From assembly GCA_003427395.1 (NCBI GenBank), contig BFEA01000027.1:838550-902549 (forward strand): a stretch of DNA of 64,000 nucleotides. Direction: 5' to 3'. Of the stretch, positions 13,838 through 27,331 are shown in pieces. The notes beneath the pieces are model-generated. The model worked only from the letters and a program-made list of their open reading frames with translations, had not been told where the DNA came from and did not search any database. Every line of letters starts with the position of its first letter. Positions within the stretch are counted from its first letter, which is position 1. The translations under genes were made by a program, and so were the position numbers. Origin of the DNA: Chara braunii (Eukaryota; Plantae; Charophyceae).

Positions 13838-14302
13838 AACTGATAATGATGATAAGTGTCTCGATGATAAGTACCCCGCCTTAAAAATACAGCTAGGGTC
13901 TGTGGTGGGAGAGTAGAGGGCGTGAGTCACTGGTTGGTCTGCTGGGTTCTGACTGGTGATGATGATAGGCGTCTTGATGATAAGTACCCCGCATTAAATA
14001 TACAGCTAGGTCTGTGGTGGGAGAGTAGAGGGCGTGAGTTACTAGTTGGTCAACTTAGGGGGCTCACACACACACACACACAGGTCACGATCAACTGATA
14101 ATGAAGGTAGGTGTCTCGATGATAAGTACCCCGCCTTAAATATATAGCTAGGGTCTGTGGTGGGAGAGTAGAGGGCGTGAGTCACTGGTTAGCTTGGTCG
14201 GCTCCAACTGGTGATGATGATAGGCATCTCGATGATAAGTACCCGGCATTAAATATACAGCTAGGTCTGTGGTGGGAGAGTAGAGGGCGTGAGTTACTAG
14301 TT
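13838..14302 (+). repeat. Four ~100 bp units spaced ~115-140 bp apart
   Basis: gatgataagtacccc/ggc.ttaaa.ata.agctagg(g)tctgtggtgggagagtagagggcgtgagt at ~13838, 13951, 14092 and 14206. Confidence 0.92.
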
Positions 14303-14394
14303 GTTCAAATTAGGGGCCAATAGGTGATTGCTTGAGCCTGGCGTCCGAAGTACCCGTACGACGAGGCTCGTTCGACTATGCTTCAACCAGGGCT

Positions 14395-14638
14395 GGGTAG
14401 CTAGCCCTGGTGCCTGTCACTACTGTTCGGTCCAAGTTCCCCTCGATACGTAGGGTGATGGTCCTGAGTGCTGGTCACACTGAGGTAGGATAGTAGGGAT
14501 AGGGGATGCGCTAGGAGTATTGATGCGAGGATGGGATGGGTGGTGGCCTCGCTTCAGAGCGACCACGGCTGACCGCTTCCGGCGATCAATGTGTGCCTAG
14601 TTACTGGCCTCTACAACACCCTGGACCTTAAAAAAAAA
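14395..14638 (+). repeat. Second copy of the 3' module plus poly(A) seen at 13390-13652
   Basis: ctagccc.ggtgcct..ggtccaagt..gtcctgagt..gtagggatagggg..ctctacaaca..A(n). Confidence 0.8.
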
Positions 14639-14805
14639 NNNNNNNNNNNNNNNNNNNNNNNNNNNNNNNNNNNNNNNNNNNNNNNNNNNNNNNNNNNNNN
14701 NNNNNNNNNNNNNNNNNNNNNNNNNNNNNNNNNNNNNNNNNNNNNNNNNNNNNNNNNNNNNNNNNNNNNNNNNNNNNNNNNNNNTCCCACTCGAAAAAGT
14801 ACCGC

Positions 14806-15004
14806 TTAAACCACCAGTACTTGGCCCAGTTATTGATGCCGTTGGCCGAGTTATTGATGCCGAACCTCAAAGCACCTTGCGTGCCAAGTTTTCACGAACT
14901 GCCAGGGCCACATTTTGTTTCGCTTTGGCTGGCGCCTCCAGCAATTGTGGTCCGGTAGCCCGAAGACCGGCGGCCGATGCCTGGGCCAAGTACTGGTGGT
15001 TTAA
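14806..15004. mobile_element. TTAA-bounded MITE
   Basis: ttaaaccaccagtacttggcccag ... ctgggccaagtactggtggtttaa, a perfect 24 bp terminal inverted repeat. Confidence 0.8.
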
Positions 15005-17332
15005 GAAAACCCTCCATCCTTCCCCCATTCAGCTGTTGAAAAAGAATGTTTGTACCCTGCTCTGCTGCCATATGTCCTCCAAAGAATATGTTGGCTTTTC
15101 TGCATGTACGTGTGACAATGCTGTCACTGTACATTTTCCCGCGGATGTTCTTGCTGCACGGAAGTTGTTGCGGAAGGAAGCTGGGTATGATCTGCATTTG
15201 GGTGTGTGTATGCCTACATGCATTCCGGCAGTGTTGCACTTCCGAACCTAAGGCATTATCGATGTCAATCACCCAATTTGAAAGCAAAAAGAAGGCAGAT
15301 CTGGCAGATAGCTTGTGGCACAGGAACCAAGCATCTTCCCGTGAAGATATGTTTCCGCACTTTTGTGAACCATGTTTCCATGAAAGTGGCACAGCAACCT
15401 GTCGTCTTCCCCCGGAACACAACACACCCAAAGCAAAACATGCCACGTTTCCGCTAGTATGTGAACCATGTTCCATGGAAGTGGCACAGGAACCTGCCAT
15501 CTTCCCCCGAACAGAACACACCCTTATTATGGCTGTTATCAGACCAGAAAGATAGCTTGTAGACATTCATTATCAGGGTCCATTATGCTCTGGGTGGTAG
15601 TTCTGGACCACTACAGTACCATACCATGCACAATCCATGCAAAGTGATACCTTCTTGATTTGGCCATAAGCTGAAGCATCCATATGATTGAAGCAACTAT
15701 CTCATCTGGAACGTCCACCGGGGGAAGGTCCCACTTCCCCGAGTTCTGCTTTCTTGGCTCTGCCAAAGTTGCACACACAATACAGAATCCGGGTGAGTGG
15801 GGCCTTATCCCAGAACGACTCAGCAACAGCAATATCGTCATTTCAGATAGAAGATATATGGAAGGAAGGAAGGAAGGAAGGAAGGAAGAAGGAAGGAAGG
15901 AAAGAAGGAAGGCAGAAGGAAAGGAGGCAAATTACGAAGCATGAACCTGGCTGAAAACCAGAGCACTTTCATCCTGGGCTAAAACACAACGCAACAAGAG
16001 GGGGTTCCATCAGAAAAAGTGGGTAAAGTTCACGCAAACCAAACATTTAATACTGCAAGAGGGCATGACCCCAAGGAAGCGTGTTGATAGCTGCTTGTCA
16101 AAAGGCTGATATCCTAGAAAGTAATATGAAACTGCTCTTTTGTGACACTTGGCATACATAAGGCACTGCTCCCTTTTTCATACCAAAGGATGGAAGGCCC
16201 TCCACATGCGGTTTCCCTACTGTTTTCCTACCTCCTTGTTATAGCGGCCGTGCTCAACAGACTTGTTTCAGAAGCCTGTCCCAATCCGTGGGCTGTGGAG
16301 CCTTATGAATTCATATGGGAGACACGGGAATTTTTTTTTTCCCTCTCTTTTTTTTTCTTACACATTCTCACGAGACTCCCATCCTACCACTCCTCTCGAT
16401 GTATCTCCTGGTGCACCCCCACTCCATTTCTATCTTACCTCATGCGAGCAACATCACTCTCTACTGGAGCAACCTGACCAGACAGCAGACGCAGGCACTG
16501 ACGCTGAATGAGCTCCCCCATTCAGCCCCAGTTGAGGCACAAGCCTCGTTATACGGGAACCTCGGGAGCTAGGCGCATAATTCTCCACTAGTCCCGTGAG
16601 TCAGTGAGGGCACTCGTAGGCAGTGTCTAATGGTCGGCTAACCAAGGTCTAACCCATGAGCCCCCTACCTCTAAGTACCAACCCAGCATGGCGCGGTTCA
16701 TATATGGTTACTGTTGGTTGTTGAATATGCTGGTAGTCATGTGAGCTAGTGTGATATCGTAGTCTTCTTACTTTTGGGGGAAATATCCAACTCAAGTCTG
16801 TTGCCTCCGTATTGCCCTGCAGCGGAGCGTGGCGCGGCCCATATTAAAAAAAAAAAAAAAAAAAAAGGAGGTCTGTGTGCACAACCTACGATAATTAGTT
16901 AGAGGGCAGGTGTCAGTGCGTGACTCTGGTCAATAGACTGGCGAGGCGGCTATTATTACCAATGGCAAATCAACAGCAGATCAATAGCAGCACTATAGCA
17001 TATCACCCCTTAAACCACCAGCACTTTTCCCAGCCAAAGAACCTTTTGGCGCTCGGCCTCCGGAGCAAAATGGCTGGCAGCGCCAGGCAAAAGGAGGCCC
17101 GCGCCTATTGTTTTTTTTTATTTGGGCGTGGAGGGTGTTTCCAGCCCCAGAGAAAAGTGCCTCGGAAGTACTGGTGGCAACAAGGTGGTTGTTGGACACA
17201 AAGCCTTTGTACAATACGACGCTGGACCCAGTTTCCAACAGGTGATGCTTCCCACCAATAGATCAGAGCAGTTTGCATCAGGACCATATCATGGGATGCT
17301 TATAGCACCCATGATAGTAGCCCTGGTGGAAG

Positions 17333-17517
17333 TTAAACCACCAGTACCTTTGCCCGCTTGAAGGAAAAAGAGTGCAGCAGTTAAGACGGAAGTGCAGGCC
17401 CACCATGACATGGCTCGCGGTGGCGGGCAGGTACATCCGTGTGGAATCATTTTTTTGCAGCGCGCAGGGCAGTTTCAGGCCCACGGCTGATGTATGGGCC
17501 AAGTACTGGCGGTTTAA
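17333..17517. mobile_element. TTAA-bounded MITE, same TIR family (decayed copy also at 17010-17180)
   Basis: ttaaaccaccagtacc ... aagtactggcggtttaa. Confidence 0.72.
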
Positions 17518-18424
17518 GAAACAATAAAGAAAACGAGAAGTACGAAGGAAGGTGAAGCTCGCGTGCAATGATAGGTGGCCTTGGGAGACCCGTGGCAATT
17601 TTGCCGATGCAACGTTTTTTGGATATAATGTGCTTCATCGGGAAACTGCTGCACAGCTTGTGGTTGACACACACTTGTAGCTGTTGATGAGCAAGTCAGG
17701 ATTTCATATCCCAAATGGTAAGGAAAAATGCCCTGATCTATTCATGGAGAGCAGCATGTGCTGGGAACCAGGCACAGCATTCCATAAGTACGACAAGGCA
17801 AGTTCATTGACATAAAGAGGCAGAATTGAGACCACACTACAGCATTCACATGCAGTTATTGCTCACTGGTCATGAGCTTAAATCCTGAATGGTACACACA
17901 TGTAGTTTTGATAACCAGGTCATGAGCTAAAATCCTGATCACAGACGTTGCACAGCGCTATCTGTGATTTTTCCTAGCGCCACTTCCTCGGCACTGCCTT
18001 GGGGACAGTAGACAGCATATCAAAGGAAACTGTGGCCAAGGGATGGCAAGCCCTAAAATGCCTGAGATAATGAAGTTTTCCCTGCCCAACCTCAGGAGAA
18101 TTGAGGCCTGGGATAAAGTTCCGTGCAGCCTCTGCTCGGGAACAGACTGATTACGTACGCGAATGGCGCTACCTTCCCTTTCGAACAGTCCCCTTGGCCC
18201 TCTGCACAAACATGCGATTGTTGCATTATAGAGGTATGGGACTAGGAAACAAACGAATGGCTGTTCACCCAGTACCCAGCATTCCGATGAAGAGCCCCGA
18301 GGAATTCCCAGACATGTTCCCCCCGGCAGCCACAACCATCGTAGAAAGACAATGGTTTGGTCAGCAGTAAGGGATGTCGGACCCAGTCTTACTTAGCTCG
18401 TCAGACCAGCAGTCATCGCAAGAG

Positions 18425-19740
18425 CGTAGGTATAAATCAGCTATCTGGGCATTAGACAAAAATGCCCTTCACCCCTTGCAGCGTCAGATAGCTGCCTTTC
18501 CGTGGAGAGGAAATCATGAGAAGCGCAACATGATCAGCAGAGTGGTTTGGCAATCCATAATCCAACCCAAATCGAAAGGTGGATTAGGCATTATCGATCC
18601 TTCGATACAAACTAAAGCACTAGCGATACTATGGCTCAAACGTCTACTTTTCAATCTAGAATCCCCGTGGAGGGGGTTAGCTCTGGAACATATCACCCGC
18701 CTAGCACCACAAACAGTGGAGGGGAGTTACCCGTTGATGTGGCTGGAAAATAGGGGATGGCCCATCTCAAGAGGAGGTGCGCAGCAACAGCAGCGTGATC
18801 CCCTCCCCGACTCACCCAGTCAGGCAACAAGGGCCAACCTGCGCAATGACCCCTTTTGGCCTGACCTTATGAAAATATGGAGAAGTCTTCCCCTACCGGA
18901 TAGAACTCCACCAGAGAGATGGGAAGAGATGGCGTGACAACCCCTTTTTGGTAACAGATGGGTAGCAGACTCGAGGGGACAGACCCTCCATTGCATGGAT
19001 TCCCCATGACAAGGCTGGGGCAGGCGAGGAATAACAAGGATAAAAGACATATGGGATACTAAAAAGAGAAACTAGATTGACCCGGGCCAGCTAAGAGAGA
19101 GACTACGCTACTGCCATCGACCGGAGGAAGCGTTGGAAGCTATAATAGAAAAGATCCCCCTAGCCCGGTGGAGAATCCTCAGGAAAGGCCCCACCCTACA
19201 GGAATCGGACTGGGTGACATTGAGGGATTGACCAAGTGAGGTGCGCAACATCATCTACTGCGAGCCCGACGGATCAATAAGAGTGAACCTCTTCCAAATA
19301 GGTTGGAATAACGTCCTTCAAAGAACCTCTCCGGTATGCTAAAAGGAGGAACTTTTCATAATTAGTGTGCTCCATGAAAGAGAGCAATGGATCGCCTACC
19401 TCCCCCAAGTCTCGGTCCACCAACTCGCCCTAGACCCGTTAGAATGAGAATGGACAACACCAGCGGGGAAAGGCAGAAAATTCAGTACATCATTATATGG
19501 CCTAACAATAAAATCGACCTACAGGCTCCTTAAGACGAGAATAAACCTTCGTGACCGGGTGGAGACATGTTGGATGAACCCCTTAAACATAGACAAGGAC
19601 AAGCTAAGAGACATAAGGTGGCTCAAAACAATCAAAGAAAAAACAGCAAAATTTGCCTCACTGCGATGGCAGATCGAGCACCGCTGCCTACCGACAAATG
19701 ACTGGCTGATAGACAAAACGAACCTGGAACAGAGAGGGCA
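18425..19740 (+). mobile_element. LINE ORF2 post-RT fragment, cut off at 19740
   Basis: YKSAIWALDK..WQSIIQPKSKGGLGIIDP..WQIEHRCLPTNDWLIDK, homologous to 2530-3840. Homology ends abruptly at LEQRG. Confidence 0.88.
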
Positions 19741-20910
19741 TGTGATGAGCGAGGATCCGTACTCGGCGGTTTCCCGTACCCCTAAGGGAAAATCCCGCAT
19801 GGAACCCCAAAGTACGAATTCAAAATAATGGGAAAAACGGTGCTTAATTTTTCGTTTTGTTTCCTTTTTCTTTTGTTTAAGAGGGGCGGAGTAGAAAATA
19901 TAATTCGGGTCTTGCGTGGCCGGTTAACGGTCGCGCGAAAGAATTCAAGAAACGGTTGGGAATTAGCATGAGTAGGAATTTTGAATTTTTTCACGTGCGG
20001 CTGTTTTCGAATTTTTGCGTGCCGTGTGAACCCATCCTCCCGCTCGGCATTCCCGCGCCATCTTCCCTTCTTGCTATGTATCTCCCTTTTGCATGTTTCT
20101 TCGACTTCCCTTTGAGCGAAGTCTGATCCACTCCTCCTCCTTTCCCTGCTAATGATTGGTTGTCTGGTTGGGTGATCGGCGCAATGTGGTGGTCGCGGGA
20201 AGCGCACCCCACTTGGACGACCACCCCAATCACGCAGACCATTCGACTCGCCTCCTTTGACTTTTCTGGAAACTCGGCCCCTCTTCTGTCCTGCTCATCT
20301 ACACCCCGTGCTTTGTGCAGCCTCTCCGCCGCCTTCTGCGCTATAAATTCTCACAAACTCTTCCTCTCACCCTCTTGGATATCGACTGTAAGTTGCGCAA
20401 GCTATGCACGAAGCCCGCGGTGCCGGAAAGGCTCGACGTGCACTGTGGTGGGCGGAGTGACGGCGGGTGGCGGAGTTAGCAGTGGACTTGGGGGTCAAAC
20501 AGTCGGAGGGGCGCAGCGGTGGTGGAGATCAGATGTCGACAGCGGCAGGGCCTTGTGGCTATGGTTGCCGGTGGTCTTGACGGATTGGTTGCCCGAGTGG
20601 CCAATCATGAGAATTCCGTATTTTTAAAGACAAAGTTTTTTCTCTATTGCTGCTTTGTCCCTGTGTGATGTGTGCATGACTCCAAAGGTTGGGTAGTCTG
20701 TTATGCATGTCGGGTATGACAATCTATGGATGTTAAAGGTTTCAGTGAGGGCTCTCTGGGTATGCATGTATGTATGCGCCTCTGTGCCTAATGAGCGGAA
20801 GAATTGAGTGTCGATTGCTTGCATAAGGGTATGAATGCATTGGTTCCCGTCTCCCTTCCTTTTTTATCAATCGCGCGAGCGTGTGTGTGATACGCGCCTA
20901 CCTCCTTTCC

Positions 20911-20987
<77 letters not shown>

Positions 20988-21000
20988 GTGCTGGTCGGGA
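19741..21000. mobile_element. LTR-like non-coding segment starting TGTGATG, inserted in the LINE
   Basis: TG start exactly at the LINE breakpoint, TATA-like ctataaa at ~20341, (CT)n at 20914-20985. The right boundary is uncertain. Confidence 0.5.
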
Positions 21001-21774
21001 CCCCAAGAGGAGGCGGATACTCCTGGAGAGATCGATCACCCGCGTTCTCACAAGGCGGTCGACCTCTCTATATGCACCACGGGTGCCCGACACCGCGGTC
21101 CGGGTGAGGACACAAAGAAGAGACGGAGAAAGGGAGCTGGGCGCATCCGTCTTCGGCGGTATTCGTTAATCTTTGCATGGAGTCAGGTTTTCTCCCGACG
21201 GACGGAATCGTGGGCCGTGGCCCAAGCTTGGACCTTGGCTCAGAGCGTCGCAGCGCGCCTCCGCCCTTCCCGATCGCAAACGACGATGGCATATACTGCG
21301 ATGCGGACGTGCGAAGGTTGCTGCGGCGCACTGAGCCAATCCACCTTTACAACTCGACTCAGGTGCGCCACATAGGCGGGAGTGGGTTTGTGTTGATTGA
21401 GCGGTTTGCGTCGCCGCCTTTAATTAAGTCGTACATCGACCTCACGGTGTTGCCCTAGTCTGCTGCGCACGCCACCTGGCAACCACAGTTTAATTGTCAT
21501 TGGTGTCGCCAGGGAGACTCGTGCTTGTGGCGACGGTTGGTCGTGGGGTACAAAGGGGTTACCCGATTCCCCGAACTCTCCCGTAATGCGGGTGCATTCC
21601 ACGCCCATTTTCGAACTTGGGTTCCATCGACATGTCTGACCCCGTGCCACGCCGTCCCCACAGACTCGACGAGTCCGACAACGATGAGTCCGACAACCAA
21701 CGATGAGTCCGAAAACGACACCTGAACCTGCTTCCGGGGCCTCTTCCCCAAGGGCCGCGCGAACCCTGTGTTGC

Positions 21775-22809
21775 CAACCCATTAGACTGAGAGACATGGG
21801 GAGCAGCGTGTCGGAGAGCAACGCCACGCCGCGTCAGTAATTCCTCTACTTCGGCCTTGAATTCGGACCCGTTGTCAGTTAGGATCTCCTCTCTATCTAG
21901 ATGGGTATTGAGGAATCGGTCGATATATGTAGCTATTTCGGAGGCTTTACGTGTCTTACAGGGATAAACTTCGATATACTTTGAGAAGTAATCAATCAAC
22001 ACCAAGAGAATAGAATATTCACAACGGTTGGGGCAAGGTGATACCTCAATATCTGTTGTGTCCATACTGACTCGCTGGGAAGGACGTTCTACCTCCATGG
22101 GGACTACTATGTTTGGGCCACGAAGGGGCGCACGATCGGCAACACAGACTAGACAGTTAGCGACCACGTGCTTCACGTCGTCGCAGATATTATACCAGAA
22201 CCATCGATTTTGGTCGATAGTTGCTTCGGTGACACGTATCGTGAAATGGGCAGTTTGTTCCTCGTGCACCGATCTGGTCTAGTCATATCGCTGGAAGGGA
22301 TGGGGAACCGTCAACCACAACCCCGATCCGTCTGTTTTGCGCTTTTCTAAATCGCCGTTGATCCTTAGATAATCTTGGGACCTCTCAGTTGCCCAACTCC
22401 TGTCGTGATTAGTGAGATGGTCCAGTGGTGTGCCTAGTAATTTAGCCAATAATATTTTATCCATCCATACTTCAGCCCTTCGGTATTTTTCGTCGTATTC
22501 GGGGTCGTCAGTCCTGGCGGCCTCGAATCAAACTTCTGTGGGGAGCTTATCCGTTCGACACAGAGGGCATTTCCATGCCTTAGTACTCGTTTGATATCGA
22601 ATACATGTGCCATGTGCGAGATTAACACACGTGGCGCAGTCCACCCAGTCAGTGAACCCCGATTCAACGGGATAGCAGTCTACCCCATAAACCCGTGAAA
22701 TGCACGTGCAAAAATAACAGAATTTGTCCGGAAGATCGGCGAAAAATTCCAAATGCGGAGGAGGAGGGGAATTGATGGGGTGAGGAGCAGTAGAAGAAGG
22801 GGTCATCAT
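21775..22809 (-). pseudogene. Gypsy copy A: PHD finger + integrase (frameshifted, C-terminus deleted)
   Basis: CYFC..WVDCATC..HGTC..WKCPLC; H..H..CLVC; MDT..LIDYFSKY..TDNGSEF..SNGLA, after which homology to copy B is lost. Confidence 0.9.
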
Positions 22810-22856
22810 GGTTTGGGGAAAGAAGAGAGAGAGAGAGAGAGAGAGCTCGTGTCCAC

Positions 22857-25800
22857 TTAATCCTTCAAAAGGATCTCCACTTCACCGTACAGGGGCTCGT
22901 GTTTTGGCTCTGGATCGTGCCACGGCGTCACTTCCTCACTCTTGGGTACCTTACCGGGTCGATGCAACCGTGTCAGCCCGTCCGCGTTGTCGTGTCTCTC
23001 GTGCTTCCGATGACGAATGTCAAATTCCATGCTCTGCAACGTGGTAGTCCATCGTTCGATCATTCCCGAGTAGTCCTTGGACTTCTTCAAGGCCAACAAT
23101 GGTTCATGATCAGTCACCAATGTGAACTTCCGACCATATAAGTAAGCCCGAAAGTGGCTGATTCCCCACAAGGCCGCGTAGCATTCCCCCGTTGGAGCGG
23201 AGTAATTCCTATTGCAGGAAGGTACCGATTTAGACAAATATTCCACCACATGTTCCAAGCCATTAGGTCCCACCTAGGCCAAGATCGTTGAGATCGCCTT
23301 GGGCTGCCAATCGGTGATGAGGACAAAAGGCTTTTCCGGGTCTGGTCTTATAAGGACCGGAGTCGAAATCAGAGCCGCCTTAAGTTCTCAAAAGGTCTGA
23401 TCGCACTGCGCGGTCCAAATCAACGGCTGCTCTTTTTTCAGCAGGTTCGTGAGTGGTCCCGCGATTGTTGCAAATCCCTTGATAAACCTTCGATAGTACG
23501 AGGCTAGTCCCAAAAAAACGCGTACTTGTGTAACTAACGTCGGCACCGGCGCGTCTTTTACCGCGGCTACCTTCTGCGGCTCCGGTTGCAGCCCCTTGTC
23601 CGTAACCACGTGGCCGAGAAAGGAAATCTTTGTGAGGAAAAACTGACATTTCTCAAGGGTCACCTTAAATCCACCATCCTTCAGTGCGTGCAACGTCCAT
23701 TCAATGTGTTGCGAGTGCTCTTCGTAGGAACTCAAATACACAAGGATATCATCCATGTATACAATCACACAATAATTAATAATACTCTGTGTCAGCCTTG
23801 TTTTTCGCACGAAGTTCTGAAAAATCATGTTCATCGCACGTTGAAACGTGGATGGGGTGTTGCAGATCTTCATCGGGCATCGAACCCATTGCCAAGTCCC
23901 TTCGAAAAGAACGAAGGCCGTCTTCGGGTGATCTTCCTTTCGAACTAGGACTCGGAGATGGTGGAACCCATGAGGAACATCAAACTTACTGAAAAATCGA
24001 GCACCACCAATAACATCCAATAATTCATCAATCCGGGGGAGGGGTTATGCGTCCTTAATCGTGATATCATTCAACTTTCAATAATCAATGCATATACGAA
24101 TCCCTCCCGCCTTTTTCGGTACAATCACCACAGGGAAGGATTACGGTCCTATGGCGGGTTCGATCCACCCATTAACTTTAAACTCCTTCACCCCCTCGAA
24201 CGCAACTCGTCGTTGTGCTGGAGAGTATCGATAAAGGGCGCGACTAATTGGCGGATGATCCCTTGTGAGGATCACATGTTCGATCACACTTGACAACCCA
24301 ATATCACAGTCATGCACACTCAGCACCTCTGCATATCCATGCAATACATCGATCAAAGACTGGCGAATTTCACAAGGAACATGACCAGGTAGTATGATCT
24401 TTGATCATTCGAAAAGATCCAACTGTACGTTGATTTGCCCTAGTTCTATCGGTGGCCTCCCTTCTACGCAGGAGAACATGGAGCTACTGGTGCGGACCGA
24501 AAAAACAGTAGCAAGCATCTGTAATTCGGTCGGGCTTATCATTTCGATTTCCTTAGTTTTGGCACCAGTCTCGACATCCATAGCGCTGGCGGTTATTCCC
24601 ATCTCAGTCAGCTTCGTCATTTTCTGCATTAGATTGGGAACATCATTGATCGGAGCTTCGGCCTCCTGCGTAATTAGTGCGATCACAGCGTTTTGCGTGA
24701 GCAGGGGCCTGGGCGGGGAAACGGAAAAATCCAAGTATTGACCCATTTGTTGATATCTTTCTCGCAAGGAAAACACGCCCTCGTACAAGGTTCGAGGGGG
24801 TTCCAAGAGGTCAGCCATATCCGAAACTTGCAAGATAGGTTCTCCTAGAAAAGATGTTACTGAAATTTGGGCTTCTGTTAGTGCACGCAGGGATAAAGGC
24901 GACACAGGGCCTGTTTGGCTATCTTCTATATCCAGATCAAATGTCCTAGTAGTAGTCGGATTTATCCGGAACTCTTCTTTAGTCTTGTGACCGAACAACT
25001 CAACTAACTGACTCTATTCCTTTTTAGTAGGCATGCAACCCAGCAGTCAGTCATAGTCTCGCTCATCATACTCGTCATCCTGGGACAGGTGTCGGTCCTC
25101 ATCACTGCTTTCGGACGACTCTTATGGGCTCGGGACTTGTATCATTCCTATTCGGGGGAGGTCGGGGGTCTTTCTTGGTGATCGAGTGAAGACTCGTAGC
25201 AGAAGTGTTTGAGGCTTTCCTCCAGTATGTGTAAGGACGAGCTGCTTGGAGTCGAAATGTATTCGTGCGCCCATAGCCATAGCCCAAGGCAACCCCAACA
25301 GTACTGAGTATGACTGTACATCGATTACTAATGCGTTGACCAAGACATGTACTCTTCCTACCTTAACGGCTACGTTTTCAATAATCTCGACTATGTTCAT
25401 CCTTTCTTCGTCGATGGAGTTGTAGTTATCTCATCTGGTAAGGGAAGGATCGAATTCAATCGTCCAATTTTTCGGACGGTGTCCAAAGATATCGCTACCG
25501 CAAACGATCCTGTATCAATCAGGGCATTGAACGGTTTTCCCCATACCTCACAATCACACTCCGCACTTTTTCACAGAACAGATCAAACTCAAACGAAGTG
25601 GTCTTTCTATGCGTATGAAATGGTGGCGAATCGAGCAGTCTCGAGTGCGTCGGGCATGGTGGATATCAGTTCCGATAGAGGAGGGTCTACTTCTGCCTCA
25701 TCGTCCTTCTTTTTCTTCAGCATCTTCTGAATGCGTTTATACGTAAAGCGTTTCTGTTTTTTTTGGCATTGCTAAAGAAGTTTGTCATTCGCAGCTTCCG

Positions 25801-27000
25801 ATATGGTCAGTAGATGTCCCACGAGGACAGGGACTCGGATATCCAAGTGTTTGAGCGTCTGAAGCACATCGATCTCCCCTGTTCGAAACTGAGGACCGAG
25901 CTCTAATCCTCGCTCCACCCATTCGAATTCATCCTTATCAGGTCGGATTGCTTCGATCAGTCGTGCTAGTTGGAGGCATTTTGTAGAATCAACAACATCG
26001 GCCGCTTCGGAAGATGATCCCGAAGTGGACGCGATGGGTTCAGCCGATGGCTCTGCAGGGGGAGGGTCAGATTCCCTTTCTCTTGCGGCTTCTAATAGTG
26101 TGGCTACCCATCCCTGATTCAAGGCGATAGGCGCAACTGCCGGCAGGGGCTGGTTACGCCTTGGCAGGGGGTAGTCGCATGCAAAGTGTCTGGATTGCTT
26201 ACAGTTGTAGCATTCGACTCTTCCTGCTGGATTGACCACCTAATTTTGAGTTGTAAGTGCTTGGCCAGGGGCAGGAAGGGCAGCCAGCATGGGATACGAA
26301 GGAGGAGCGGGACGCGGAGAAATCGAGTTAGTTTTTATTAGTTCGTCATGATCTGTTCCAATCGATCCATCTGAGAAGTCTGCATCTGTATCAGATTGTT
26401 CATCCACTCAGATTGTCTAGCTGTGGCGGTATGAATCATCTGGGTTAGATGCAGGTTAGTGATGGGTACTGGCGCAGCCTGGGGCATGACGGTGTTCACA
26501 GGCACCATCTTAGGAGGGAGGGGAAGGACAGAAGATAGGTGATGAGGGGAGGGATCCAGCGAAGGTCCGTCCTGATAGCCGTGATCGGGGCGAGGGTAGA
26601 ATCGCCCCACTGGTCTGAGCCACGATCGCCGCTTAGCAGCGACATCCTGTATCGTATCCGAGAGGTCTTCGTCCCCCTGACCTATGTATTTGCGTGTATC
26701 CATCAAGTTGAGTTCAAGTGTTTTAGCGATGATGAATGGTAGTTGGTTTGTCTTAGGGGGAACCTTCTTTTGTAGCTTTGCTTTTAGCACTCGGTTACGA
26801 AGATGATCGTTGAACAAATCTCGAACAACGTTTTCTTCTCGCCCCGATTTGTCTAGCGCGGTTTGAAATCGGTCCATAAAATCGGGTAGTAACTCTCCGG
26901 GCTCTTGCGGTCGAGTTTTCAATACGAACCATGCAGCATCCTCACTGACTTTGTCGAATCCTTCTAGGAACGCTTGTTTGAAGGTATCCCAATCTACCCA
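22857..27000 (-). mobile_element. Ty3/Gypsy copy A: gag-protease-RT-RNase H (degenerate)
   Basis: Gag QEPGE..DFMDRF, zinc knuckle CYNC..HFACD, LIDTGS protease near 25510, RT PKTAF..YMDDILV..CQF..FLGH, RNase H PTGECYA..TDH. Confidence 0.95.
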
Positions 27001-27318
27001 CCTATGTCTTCTAAGCCAATCATGAGCAGTGTTTCAGAGAAGCAGGGTGATGACGCGAGGGAGATCCTCTCCGCCATATCCCTGAGCTTGTATGGCCTCA
27101 AGCCATGCCTCGGGATGGGTATGATTGGGGTAAAACGGGAAGGTGGCGAGGATGCTCACCATCACCCGAGGAGGTGCTCCTTTAGCATCAGCCGTGGGCA
27201 TCTCTGGTTGAGTTTCGACATACCTTTGTCAGGTAACCGGAGGACTCGGCCGATTAGATCGGTTGGCGGTTCTTCCTCTCGCCAACTCGTCTTACTAACA
27301 TCGGAACCAACACGTGTC

Positions 27319-27331
27319 GGCTCCGATACCA
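27319..27331 (-). promoter_or_regulatory. Primer-binding site for initiator tRNA-Met
   Basis: Minus strand TGGTATCGGAGCC vs canonical TGGTATCAGAGCC. It lies upstream of gag, exactly where homology to the LTR end at 40960 stops. Confidence 0.8.

Noticed and set aside
13838-14302. CRISPR array or SECIS elements
   Set aside because: Units are ~100 bp without unique spacers and there are no cas genes. ATGA-to-AA spacing is too long for SECIS and no selenoprotein ORF is adjacent
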